DNA of 64,000 nt from an uncultured Lachnospiraceae bacterium (GTDB lineage Bacteria; Bacillota; Clostridia; Lachnospirales; Lachnospiraceae). Within the stretch, counting starts at the first letter, position 1, and each line of letters starts with the position of its first letter. The DNA lies in assembly GCA_910578715.1 (NCBI GenBank), contig CAJTRL010000014.1, forward strand, positions 3,876-67,875, given 5' to 3'. The notes under the pieces are model-generated. The model was not told where the DNA came from, did not search any database, and saw nothing but the letters and a program-made list of their open reading frames with translations. A program made the position numbers and the translations under genes. Positions 9,673 through 18,973 of the stretch are shown here, one piece after another.

Positions 9673-12108
9673 TTAACCCATCGTTACCACAACATCATAA
9701 GTATTTTTTCCCTTCACATAAGGAATGACGCGGCCTTCAACCGTCTGTCCGTCAACGGTAACGGATTTGATGCCTTTTTCCACATTGTCGGGATTTACAA
9801 CTTTAATATGGTATGTTCCTTCCCGGAATTTCCTCGTGAGCTCGAAATCGCCGAAGCCCGCGGGCACGCATGGGTTAATGCGCAGTCCCGCGTGCGTAGG
9901 GTATACGCCCAGAATATACTGGGAAATATTGACGAAAGTCCATGCCGCCGTTCCGGTCAGCCAGCTGTTCTTGGCTTCGCCGTGGAATTTGGCGTCCGCA
10001 CCGGCTACCATCTGGGAATATACATAAGGCTCTGTCCGGTGGATTTCACTGATTTCTTCCACATAAGCCGGACAGGTCTTCTGGTAGATTTCAAAAGCGC
10101 GGCTGCCGCGGCCGATAACCGTTTCCGCGATAGAAACCCAGGGATTGTTATGGCAGAAGATACCCGCGTTTTCCTTATACCCTGGCGGATAGGAAGAAAC
10201 TTCGCCAAGCTCTAAGTGATATTTGGTGTAAGCGGGCTGTAAAATCATGACGCCGTATTTTGTGTCCAGTTTTTCTTTGACGGAATCCAGCGCTTTTTTC
10301 GCGAGTCCTTCTTCCACGCCGACGCCGGCGAGAACGCAGAAGCCCTGGGGCTCGATATAAATCTGACCTTCTTCACATTCTTTGGAACCGATTTTGTGGC
10401 TGTACGCGTCGTAGGCGCGGACAAACCATTCGCCGTCCCAGCCGTCTTTCAGAATTGCATCGTACATCACTCTGACTTCGGCCCTTGCCCGTTCCGCCTC
10501 CGCATTGTCATTCATCAGCTCGCATAACTGCGCGTATTCTTCTCCGTATTTTACGAACATTCCGGCGATGAATACGGATTCCGCAACGGGACCTTCGGAG
10601 GGGCCGAACGTCTGGAAGGATTCGCCCGGATGCTCGGAGAAGCAGTTCAGATTCAGGCAGTCGTTCCAGTCAGCGCGGCCAATCAGCGGAAGGCCGTGGG
10701 GCCCTTTGTGGTTTACCGTGTAATCAAAAGAGCGTTTCAGGTGGTTCATCAGCGGCGCCGCCACCGACATATCGTTATCAAAAGGAACCATTTCCGTCAG
10801 GATGGAAGTGTCGCCGCTTTCCCGGACGTAAGCCGAGGTTCCGGCAATCAGCCACAGCGGGTCGTCATTGAAACCGCTGCCAATATCGGAGTTTCCTTTT
10901 TTTGTCAGAGGCTGGTACTGGTGGTACGCGCTGCCGTCCTGGAACTGGGTGGATGCGATGTCGATGATGCGCTGTCTCGCCCGGTCGGGAATCAGGTGCA
11001 CGAAGCCCAGAAGGTCCTGACAGGAATCACGGAAGCCCATGCCGCGGCCGATGCCCGATTCGTAATAGGAAGCGGAACGGGACATGTTGAAGGTTACCAT
11101 ACACTGATACTGGTTCCAGATATTGACCATGCGGTCCACTTTATCGTTAGAGGACTTCACGCTGTATTTGGATAAAAGTTCTTTCCAGTAATCGTTCAGC
11201 GCGGCAAACGCCCGGTCAACGTCGGCATCCGTCCGGTATTTTGCAAGCATCCGCTCCGCCGGTTTTTTATTGATGATACCGGGAGATTCCCATTTTTCGT
11301 CTTCGGGATTTTCGATATAGCCCAGTACGAAAACAAAAGATTTCGTTTCGCCGGGCGCAATGCTCATATTGAGCTGGTGGGAAGCAATCGGCGACCAGCC
11401 GCTTGCCATGGAGTTCGTGCACTTGCCGTTTTCCACCGCTTCCGGGTTCATAACGCCGCGGTATGCGCCGAGGAAAGCATCCCGGCTCGTATCGAACCCA
11501 TCCGCCGGAGCGTTGACCGAATAAATGGCATAGTGGTTCCGGCGCTCCCGGTATTCTGTCTTATGGAAAATGGTGGAACCGACAACTTCCACTTCTCCTG
11601 TGCTCAGATTCCGCTGAAAGTTTCTGGAATCGTCGTCCGCATTCCACAGACACCATTCCACATAGGAAAAAAGAGAAATATTTTTCGTTTCGGAAGATTT
11701 ATTCGTCAGCCGGACCTGGCTGATTTCACAGTTATCGTCCATCGGAACAAAAGTCAGCACGGACGCTTCCAGTTCCTTTTTGGAGCCGGTAAAGCGGCTG
11801 TAACCGATGCCGTGGCGGCATTCATAGCTGTCCAGTTCGGTCTGCGTCGGCTTCCAGCCCGGATTCCATACGCAGCTGCCGTCTTTGATATAGAAATATT
11901 TGCCGTTGATATCGGATGGTACGTCGTTGTAGCGGTATCTGGTCAGGCGCAGCAGCTTTGCATCCTTATAAAAAGTATAACCGCCGCAGGTGTTGGAAAT
12001 CAGTGTAAAAAATTCATTGCAGCCCAGATAATTAATCCAGGGCAGCGGCGTTTTGGGAGTGGTGATGACATACTCGCGGCTGGCATCATCGAAATAACCA
12101 TATTTCAT
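9673..12108 (-). CDS. Cellobiose/cellodextrin phosphorylase (GH94)
   Basis: 811 aa. The N-terminus [25 protein letters not shown] and the length match GH94 cellobiose phosphorylases. Confidence 0.9.
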   Translation of the reverse strand: MKYGYFDDASREYVITTPKTPLPWINYLGCNEFFTLISNTCGGYTFYKDAKLLRLTRYRYNDVPSDINGKYFYIKDGSCVWNPGWKPTQTELDSYECRHGIGYSRFTGSKKELEASVLTFVPMDDNCEISQVRLTNKSSETKNISLFSYVEWCLWNADDDSRNFQRNLSTGEVEVVGSTIFHKTEYRERRNHYAIYSVNAPADGFDTSRDAFLGAYRGVMNPEAVENGKCTNSMASGWSPIASHQLNMSIAPGETKSFVFVLGYIENPEDEKWESPGIINKKPAERMLAKYRTDADVDRAFAALNDYWKELLSKYSVKSSNDKVDRMVNIWNQYQCMVTFNMSRSASYYESGIGRGMGFRDSCQDLLGFVHLIPDRARQRIIDIASTQFQDGSAYHQYQPLTKKGNSDIGSGFNDDPLWLIAGTSAYVRESGDTSILTEMVPFDNDMSVAAPLMNHLKRSFDYTVNHKGPHGLPLIGRADWNDCLNLNCFSEHPGESFQTFGPSEGPVAESVFIAGMFVKYGEEYAQLCELMNDNAEAERARAEVRVMYDAILKDGWDGEWFVRAYDAYSHKIGSKECEEGQIYIEPQGFCVLAGVGVEEGLAKKALDSVKEKLDTKYGVMILQPAYTKYHLELGEVSSYPPGYKENAGIFCHNNPWVSIAETVIGRGSRAFEIYQKTCPAYVEEISEIHRTEPYVYSQMVAGADAKFHGEAKNSWLTGTAAWTFVNISQYILGVYPTHAGLRINPCVPAGFGDFELTRKFREGTYHIKVVNPDNVEKGIKSVTVDGQTVEGRVIPYVKGKNTYDVVVTMG

Positions 12109-12260
12109 AGTAAGTTCTCCTTCTTTTGGCTGAACAGTTTGTTTGTTCAGGTGAATAAATAATGATTGTTATAAAAAAAGTGGAAATGTTGAAAAGCTGA
12201 AAACGAAAACATGCCAGGCCGTATCAGTATCAATTGATATGATATCTGGCGATAACAACA

Positions 12261-12276
12261 GAAAACGATTAAGTGA
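12261..12276. promoter_or_regulatory. Candidate operator, copy 1 of GAAAACGATTAAGTGA
   Basis: Exact 16-mer also present at 12630-12645. The core GATTAAGTGA occurs a third time at 12287-12296. Located in the divergent cbp/lacI intergenic region. Confidence 0.4.
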
Positions 12277-12629
12277 ATGATTTTTGATTAAGTGATACTA
12301 GAAAGTATACAGAAAAAAAACGGAAAGCGCAATAAAAATTATAACAATTTATCAAAAATTTGTCAGGAGGCTTATGCCGGCCTCCCTTTCTTTTATAAGA
12401 ATTTCGAAAAAAATCCCTTTTTTGCGTCCAAAAGACGAAAAACAACGAAAACGATTGATATTTTTCAAAATAAATATGTACAAACTGTAAACAGGGTGTT
12501 AATAAACTATGCAAAAGTACAGAAAAGCAAATGCTAAATCTGTGAAAAATAGACAAACATATCTATTTTTGACAAAAAAAGAAAAAAATGTATTGCAAAA
12601 TTATTCAAAGTGATATAGACTGAAAATAC

Positions 12630-12645
12630 GAAAACGATTAAGTGA
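12630..12645. promoter_or_regulatory. Candidate operator, copy 2 of GAAAACGATTAAGTGA
   Basis: Identical 16-mer about 70 nt upstream of the LacI-family gene start. Confidence 0.4.
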
Positions 12646-12714
12646 TTTGGGCTGGTTCCTATCAGAACGGTACAGCAGGAGATGGCCTGACGTTTACAGG
12701 ATAGGGGCGGTCAA

Positions 12715-13740
12715 ATGGTATCAATGAAGGATATTTCAGCGGCATGCGGCGTATCCGTCGCAACCGTAAGCAAAGCGCTCAATGACCACAAGGACATTGG
12801 CGCGGAGACAAAAGCGCATGTCAGGCAGATAGCGAAGGAAATGGGATATTTCCCCAACTCCGCAGCAAAAGTGCTCAAGACGAAACGCAGCTATAACATT
12901 GGCGTCCTCTTCTCGGTTGATGACCACAGCGGTCTGACGCATGAGTATTTTGCACAGGTGCTGGACAGTCTGAAGTGTACGGCGGAAGCCAGAGGATATG
13001 ACATTACCTTTATTAATGGAAGCAGCGTAAGGCCTAATAAGATGTCTTATCTGGAGCATTGCAGATACAGAGGGTTTGACGGTGTCGTCATCGCAAATAC
13101 CAAGTTTGAACACCCGGAAGTATTCGAGCTGGTGCGGAGCGATATTCCAAGTGTCACGATAGACCATATTTTTAATAATGTCAGCGTGGTCATATCGGAT
13201 AATGTAAAAGGGATGAGCGATTTGCTCCATTATATATATGGAAAAGGACACCGCAAAATCGCGTATATCCACGGGGAGGATTCTTCGGTAACGCGGAGCC
13301 GTCTGGCATCTTTTTACAAAACGACGGCGGAGCTGGGAATCGAAGTTCCCGACGAATACATAGGGATAGCCGCATATCGTGATACGAAAGCAACCCATAT
13401 CGAGACGGAACGGCTGCTCGATTTGAAAAACCGGCCGACCTGCATTCTTTACCCGGATGATTTCGCCTGCTTCGGCGGCATCAATGCGATTCACGAAAGA
13501 GGGTTGAAAATTCCGGATGACATTTCCATCGCGGGGTATGACGGAATCCGAATCGGAAGGCATTTCGAGCCGCAGCTTACGACGGTGAACCAGGATACGA
13601 AAAGACTGGGGCAGTTAGCGGCGGAGAAGCTGATTAGCCTGATTGAACATCCGAAAATGACGATAGTTGAGCAGATTGTCGTGGAAGGAGAAGTTTATCC
13701 TGGCAGTTCCGTTGGAAATCTGATTTCGCAGCAACAGTAG
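12715..13740 (+). CDS. LacI-family transcriptional regulator
   Basis: N-terminal HTH (MKDISAACGVSVATVSKALN) plus a periplasmic-binding-fold sugar-sensor domain. Confidence 0.9.
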   Translation: MVSMKDISAACGVSVATVSKALNDHKDIGAETKAHVRQIAKEMGYFPNSAAKVLKTKRSYNIGVLFSVDDHSGLTHEYFAQVLDSLKCTAEARGYDITFINGSSVRPNKMSYLEHCRYRGFDGVVIANTKFEHPEVFELVRSDIPSVTIDHIFNNVSVVISDNVKGMSDLLHYIYGKGHRKIAYIHGEDSSVTRSRLASFYKTTAELGIEVPDEYIGIAAYRDTKATHIETERLLDLKNRPTCILYPDDFACFGGINAIHERGLKIPDDISIAGYDGIRIGRHFEPQLTTVNQDTKRLGQLAAEKLISLIEHPKMTIVEQIVVEGEVYPGSSVGNLISQQQ

Positions 13741-13859
13741 TCTGAAAATGAAACGGGCATTTATATCAGGAAACCCCTGATAATTTTAATAAATGCAAAT
13801 AGCTGGTGGAAAACACTGTAAACAGTGACACCAAGAATCCAAAGGGAGGAAAAAATTCT

Positions 13860-15305
13860 ATGAAGAAAAAGTTACTTAGCGCTCTTCTTTCAACAGCAAT
13901 GGTAGCAAGTCTGCTCGTTGGCTGTGGCGGAAACGGCGGCGCGGCAACAGACAACAATGCGGCAGCTGACAATACGGCAGCGGCGGACAACACAGCGGCA
14001 GCTGATAATACAGCAGCAGCGGACAACACAGCGGCGGCGGACAATACGGCAGCAGCAGATACCGCAACAGACACAGCGGCTTCCGGAGATAAGTTCTACA
14101 TCTACTCCTGGAACACAGAGCTGGGCGAGAGACTTGAGTATGTATATAAAGCATACCCTGAAATCAAAGACAGAGTTGAGTATGTAAACGTAGGTGACTC
14201 TGCTGTATATCAGGAGAAAATCGACCAGTTATTACAGACACCCGACGCAGAAGACTACCCGGATATGATTGCTTTCGAGGCTGGTTATATCATGAAGTAC
14301 ACCAACAGCGATTACACGATTCCGGTAACGGACTGCGGTATCACGGATGCAGACCTTGCAGAAATGTATCCTTATACGATTACCATTGCAACTGACCAGA
14401 GAGACGGTTCTCTGAAAGGACTTTCCTGGCAGGCATGTCCTGGTTCCTTTATTTACAGAGCTGACCTTGCAGAGAGCATTCTCGGCGTAAAGAGCCCGGA
14501 AGAAATGCAGGCGAAGATTAATTCCTGGGATGCTTTCCTTGACACGGCAAGAGAGATTAAAGAAAAATCAGGCGACGCGACAAGAATCCTTTCTTCCAAC
14601 GGTGACGTTGTAAACACATTTATGTCCAACAAGACACAGCCCTGGGTAACTTCCGACAGCGTATTCCATATGGACAGCGCAATGGAAGAGTACATGGATG
14701 TTGTTAAAGTACTTGAATCCGAAGACTTAACACAGAAGACAACACAGTGGTCTGATGAATGGAACGCTGGTCCTTCTACCGATGCAGTATTTGGTTACTT
14801 TGGATGTACATGGTTCTTACACTGGACAATCAAAGCAAACTGCGGCGGCGATGCAGTAGGTTCAGGCACATACGGTCTGTGGAATATGTGCCAGGGTCCG
14901 GCTCCTTATTACTGGGGGGGCACATGGCTTGGTGCAACAGCAAACTGCTCCGATACAGCACTCGCTGGACAGATTATGAAGACTCTTTGCTGTGATACAG
15001 CAACTATCCAGACATTGTCCGAAGAAACACTGGACTATGTAAACAACAAGACGGCTATGAAGAACCTGTCAGACGCTGGCAAGGGTGCATATGACTTCTT
15101 AGGCGGCCAGGACTTCATCGCAGTATTCTCTCCTCTGGCTGAAGACGTAGACGTTTCCTGGATGTGCGCATATGACCAGAAGGTTAATGAATTACTGGAT
15201 ACACAGGTAACTGCTTATGCAAAAGGTGATAAAGATAAAGAAACAGCTATCGCTGACTTCAAAGCAGCAGTAGCAGAGGCTTATCCGGCACTGACAGTAG
15301 AATAA
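13860..15305 (+). CDS. Sugar ABC transporter substrate-binding lipoprotein
   Basis: ATG 13860 follows AAGGGAGGA. Signal peptide with lipobox LLVGC, followed by a repeat linker. Sits upstream of two permease genes. Confidence 0.85.
   Translation: MKKKLLSALLSTAMVASLLVGCGGNGGAATDNNAAADNTAAADNTAAADNTAAADNTAAADNTAAADTATDTAASGDKFYIYSWNTELGERLEYVYKAYPEIKDRVEYVNVGDSAVYQEKIDQLLQTPDAEDYPDMIAFEAGYIMKYTNSDYTIPVTDCGITDADLAEMYPYTITIATDQRDGSLKGLSWQACPGSFIYRADLAESILGVKSPEEMQAKINSWDAFLDTAREIKEKSGDATRILSSNGDVVNTFMSNKTQPWVTSDSVFHMDSAMEEYMDVVKVLESEDLTQKTTQWSDEWNAGPSTDAVFGYFGCTWFLHWTIKANCGGDAVGSGTYGLWNMCQGPAPYYWGGTWLGATANCSDTALAGQIMKTLCCDTATIQTLSEETLDYVNNKTAMKNLSDAGKGAYDFLGGQDFIAVFSPLAEDVDVSWMCAYDQKVNELLDTQVTAYAKGDKDKETAIADFKAAVAEAYPALTVE
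13959..14060 (+). repeat. In-frame tandem repeat, 18-nt unit x about 5.7 (AAADNT)n
   Basis: Read directly: GCN GCN GCN GAY AAY ACN units immediately after the lipobox cysteine. Confidence 0.9.
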
Positions 15306-15358
15306 GACGCGCCCAAACTTGCGGACTGAAAAACTGAGAAAAAAGTAAGATGTATCAT

Positions 15359-15387
15359 CAGAAGGTACGGCGCAGCCGTACCTTCTG
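15359..15387 (+). terminator. Intra-operon hairpin after the binding-protein gene
   Basis: CAGAAGGTACGGC-gca-GCCGTACCTTCTG, a 13-bp perfect stem with no U-tract. Likely a partial terminator or mRNA stabiliser. Confidence 0.5.
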
Positions 15388-15530
15388 TAACAAAAGAAAC
15401 GGGAATTGCTTGTGTGTAAGGGGCGCGGCACAGATGTTTGAGAGGGTTCCGGGTCCGGAAAAATGTCAAATGCCTGTGACGCGGCTCAGGCAGAGCAAAT
15501 AAGAAAAATTTATGAGAAGGATGTGGAGAT

Positions 15531-16541
15531 ATGGCAAAGAACAGCAGTAACAAGCGTAAAACCGTAGAATACGGCCGTTACGGATATTTCTTTATCGCTC
15601 CGTTTTTTATTGTTTTCGCAATTTTCCAGTTGTGGCCCCTTGTTTACACGATGGGTCTTGCATTTTGTGAGAACTATACGGATACGATGTTCAACGTGGA
15701 AGTAGGCCCGACTTTTAACGGACTGGCAAACTTCGGAACGATTTTTGTTGGAAAAGACGGTGCATTATTTGATACCTATACATTTCGCGCACTGGGAAAT
15801 ACCATTATCATGTGGATGATGAATTTCCTGCCGCAGATTCTTCTGGCGCTGCTTCTGGCGGTGTGGTTTACCGATACGAGAGTCAAAATGAAAGCACAGG
15901 GCGCATACAAAATTCTGACTTTTATGCCGAATATTATCACGGCGGCGACGATTTCCGTATTGTTCTACAAACTGTTCGATTTCCCGAACGGACCGATTAA
16001 CCAGTTTTTGGTGAACAGCGGAATCTGGTCGGAACCATTCCGTTTTCTGGACACGAAATGGTCAACGCGGGGAATTATTTCTTTTATTAACTTCTGGATG
16101 TGGTATGGAAATACGATGATTGTACTGACAGCGGGCGTTCTCGGCATCAGTCCTTCTTTGTTCGAGGCGGCGAGAGTGGATGGCGCATCGAGCTGGCAGA
16201 TTTTTAAGAGCGTAACCTTACCGCTTCTGCGTCCGATTATGCTGTTCACGCTTGTAAACTCCGCTATCGGCGGTCTGCAGATGTACGATATTCCGAAGCT
16301 GTTGACGACAAGCGGTTACGGCGACCCGGATTACACGACCAGAACGATTACGATGTATATCCGTGAACTCGCCTTTACCGGTTCAAGACAGATGGGTAAG
16401 GCATCGGCAGCATCTCTTGTTCTGTTTGTTGTGACATTGTTCTTCAGTCTGGTTCTCTTCTATATTATGAGGGATAAGGACGCGATTAAAGAAAAGAAGG
16501 CAATCAAAGCAGCACAGAAAGCAAGAAAGGAGGCAAAATAA
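15531..16541 (+). CDS. Sugar ABC transporter permease (MalF-type)
   Basis: 336 aa, 6 TM, EAA-like loop (FEAARVDGASSWQIFKSVTLPLL). Confidence 0.9.
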   Translation: MAKNSSNKRKTVEYGRYGYFFIAPFFIVFAIFQLWPLVYTMGLAFCENYTDTMFNVEVGPTFNGLANFGTIFVGKDGALFDTYTFRALGNTIIMWMMNFLPQILLALLLAVWFTDTRVKMKAQGAYKILTFMPNIITAATISVLFYKLFDFPNGPINQFLVNSGIWSEPFRFLDTKWSTRGIISFINFWMWYGNTMIVLTAGVLGISPSLFEAARVDGASSWQIFKSVTLPLLRPIMLFTLVNSAIGGLQMYDIPKLLTTSGYGDPDYTTRTITMYIRELAFTGSRQMGKASAASLVLFVVTLFFSLVLFYIMRDKDAIKEKKAIKAAQKARKEAK

Positions 16542-16543
16542 TC

Positions 16544-17416
16544 ATGGCAAAGAATAATGGTCAGGAGGGCGGATTACATGCAAGAATCCTCGGCGCCCAG
16601 ATATTTCGAAATGCTATTTGTATTTTCCTCTGTTTCTTAAGTCTGATTCCTTTCTGGATTATGATTGTGAATGCGACAAGAACCAGCGTGGATATTCAGT
16701 CAAGTTTTTCTCTCATTCCGTCCCATTATTTTATGGAAAACTGGGAGAAACTGCTGTATCAGTGTAATGAGAACGTTCCGTTGTGGAAATATATGGTCAA
16801 CAGCTGTATCATCGCTTTCGGCTCCACATTGCTGACGGTGTACTTCTCGACGATGACGGCATATGGCGTAACCGTATATAAATTCAAAGGATGTCAGTTC
16901 GCATGGGCGTTCATCATGGCGATTATGATGATTCCCGTACAGGTATCTTCCATTGGTTTCTTCCGTTTTGTATTCGGACTGGGACTCGGAAACAGCTATA
17001 TACCGCTGATTATTCCCGCGATAGCGGCGCCTTCTACGGTGTTCTTTATGAGACAGTATATGCAGAGCGCACTGCCGCTGGAAATCGTGGACGCGGCGAG
17101 AATAGACGGTTCCAGAGAGTTCAACACCTTTAATACGATTGCTATGCCGTTAATGAGACCGGCGATTGCGACACAGTGTATCTTCGCTTTTATCGCATCA
17201 TGGAATAACTTCTATACGCCTTCCATGCTGCTGACGTCCCAGAAGAAATATACGCTGCCGATGTTCGTACAGCTGATGAGAGGTGAAAGATTCCGTTCCG
17301 ACCACGGTATTATCTATGTGGGTCTGGTTATTACGATATTACCGATTTTCATCGTATACTTCATTCTCTCCAAACATATCATCGCGGGTGTTGCGCTCGG
17401 TGGTGTAAAAGAATAA
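16544..17416 (+). CDS. Sugar ABC transporter permease (MalG-type)
   Basis: 290 aa, EAA-like loop (VDAARIDGSREFNTFNTIAMPLM). Confidence 0.9.
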   Translation: MAKNNGQEGGLHARILGAQIFRNAICIFLCFLSLIPFWIMIVNATRTSVDIQSSFSLIPSHYFMENWEKLLYQCNENVPLWKYMVNSCIIAFGSTLLTVYFSTMTAYGVTVYKFKGCQFAWAFIMAIMMIPVQVSSIGFFRFVFGLGLGNSYIPLIIPAIAAPSTVFFMRQYMQSALPLEIVDAARIDGSREFNTFNTIAMPLMRPAIATQCIFAFIASWNNFYTPSMLLTSQKKYTLPMFVQLMRGERFRSDHGIIYVGLVITILPIFIVYFILSKHIIAGVALGGVKE

Positions 17417-17442
17417 AATAGCATATGTTATAAAAATGAAAA

Positions 17443-17470
17443 GGCACATCGCGCTGCGATGTGTCTTTTT
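17443..17470 (+). terminator. Rho-independent terminator of the ABC operon
   Basis: GGCACATCGC-gct-GCGATGTGTC followed by TTTTT. Confidence 0.6.
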
Positions 17471-17588
17471 GACTTAATGAAAATTTAAGAATGACAACAT
17501 AGTAAAATGCAGTATAGTATGCTAAACTGTAAAAGAACGTATTTTTATGCGGTAAGGGCCCGAAAATGAGCGGACGGATGGGAGTAAA

Positions 17589-17972
17589 ATGTCTATTATA
17601 CTGGGTACGGAGAAGCTGAAAGCATACCGCGGTCTTTCCATGCTTTGTGAATATGCGGGAAAGAGTGCGGAATGGTGCGATGAATTATGGCTTGCGCTTC
17701 TGACCGATTATGAATTGTACGAAGAGTTTCTGTACTATCTGGAGCATCACTGTTTTGCGGACCGCATGAAAGCGGCGGGATATTCGCTGACAGACCTTTA
17801 TGTGTGGCGGATGGGACAGGATAATCTGCGGCGTGATACCGGAAAGAATACGGAAAATTGTAATAAGGAAGAAATGGTCTTACAGGCGTTTTGGGCGATG
17901 GCCGAAATGCGAAAAGACCCTTCGCGCTACGAACGAAAGCTGGCTGACGGGCCGGGGACAGACAGGGAATGA
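17589..17972 (+). CDS. Hypothetical protein
   Basis: 127-aa ORF, stop overlaps the next start. No family recognised. Confidence 0.5.
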   Translation: MSIILGTEKLKAYRGLSMLCEYAGKSAEWCDELWLALLTDYELYEEFLYYLEHHCFADRMKAAGYSLTDLYVWRMGQDNLRRDTGKNTENCNKEEMVLQAFWAMAEMRKDPSRYERKLADGPGTDRE

Positions 17973-18433
17973 AGATGGATAAACAGGAATTTATCGAAAA
18001 ATTACAGCGCACGCTGGCCGGCGGATTAAGCAGCGACAAGGTGGCGGATAATGTGCGGTATTATCAGGACTATATCGAGTCGGAAATACAGAAGGGAAAC
18101 ACCGAAGCGGAGGTGCTTTCGCAGCTTGGGGACCCCAGATTATTAGCCAAAAGCATTATCGAGGCCAATAAGCGCGCCGGGGCAAGTTTCGGTTCCAACC
18201 GGGAATACGATGAAGAGTTTGTGGAAGACGGCGGGACGGAGCAGAATGTTTCCCAAAAGAAATATGGCGGAGGGATTATGCTGCCGGGCTGGCTGATAAT
18301 GGTTATTATGACCGTCGTGGTCGTTGTTATCATCGGTCTTGTGACATCGCTGCTTTATGCTTTTGCGCCGGTCATTATCGCCGGACTCATTGTACTGCTG
18401 GTTGTGAAGTTTCTGCAGGGCAGAAAACCATAA
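17969..18433 (+). CDS. DUF1700-like membrane protein
   Basis: N-terminus (KQEFIEKLQRTLAG ... VRYYQDYIE ... LGDPRLLAKSI) resembles DUF1700 proteins. C-terminal TM helices. Confidence 0.55.
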   Translation: MKMDKQEFIEKLQRTLAGGLSSDKVADNVRYYQDYIESEIQKGNTEAEVLSQLGDPRLLAKSIIEANKRAGASFGSNREYDEEFVEDGGTEQNVSQKKYGGGIMLPGWLIMVIMTVVVVVIIGLVTSLLYAFAPVIIAGLIVLLVVKFLQGRKP

Positions 18434-18712
18434 CAAAATAGCCCATTATCTCTAATGGGCTATTAAGGGGAGTATAAATAATTAAAATATAAGGGTTTGT
18501 AAATAGAAAATTGAAGGGGTGTTTCTATCTACAATTATTATTATATACACTTTTCGAAAAAATGCAATCAAAAATAGTACCAAAGTACTACCAAGTATTT
18601 TGGTACTTTTTCATAAAAAAATAGTACTAAAGACCTATAAAGGCGTTGAATACTTTTTTGGATATTTTGCAATACTATTTTTGTAATATAAATCAATCAG
18701 GAGGTATGCAAA

Positions 18713-18877
18713 ATGTCTAAGAATGATTATAGCCAGAACGCGCAGAACAACGAGAAACAGCAGGATAAGGCAAACAACTGCAACAGCCAGAATTCTTCTT
18801 CTCAGAACAACCAGAAGAACAATTCTAAGAACAGCTCCGGCAGCAATGCGCAGAACAGCCAGAAGAACAACTACTAA
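18713..18877 (+). CDS. 54-aa Asn/Gln/Ser/Lys-rich small protein (SASP-like composition)
   Basis: Not in the ORF track (<60 aa). AGGAGG 18699-18704 lies 8 nt before the ATG. Translation: MSKNDYSQNAQNNEKQQDKANNCNSQNSSSQNNQKNNSKNSSGSNAQNSQKNNY. Strong terminator at 18905-18940. Confidence 0.55.
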   Translation: MSKNDYSQNAQNNEKQQDKANNCNSQNSSSQNNQKNNSKNSSGSNAQNSQKNNY

Positions 18878-18973
18878 ATCTCAGTTCCCGCGGCTTGCGG
18901 GAGTAAAAGCGGTACAGCAAAAATTGCTGTGCCGCTTTTTAGTTCGGGCGGGCAAAATTTTCCACTGTTCGAT

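Noticed and set aside
13959-14060. Check for CRISPR arrays (this tandem repeat, the iterons at 29814-29919 and the 33-bp repeats at 28003/28247)
   Set aside because: None has the repeat-spacer-repeat periodicity (28-37-bp repeats with unique spacers of similar size, three or more units). No cas genes are in the window.
13766-14074. Minus-strand ORF with (AAVLS)n repeats, and other ORFs over 13876-14187
   Set aside because: These are alternative-frame or alternative-strand readings of the (AAADNT)n tandem repeat inside the lipoprotein gene.
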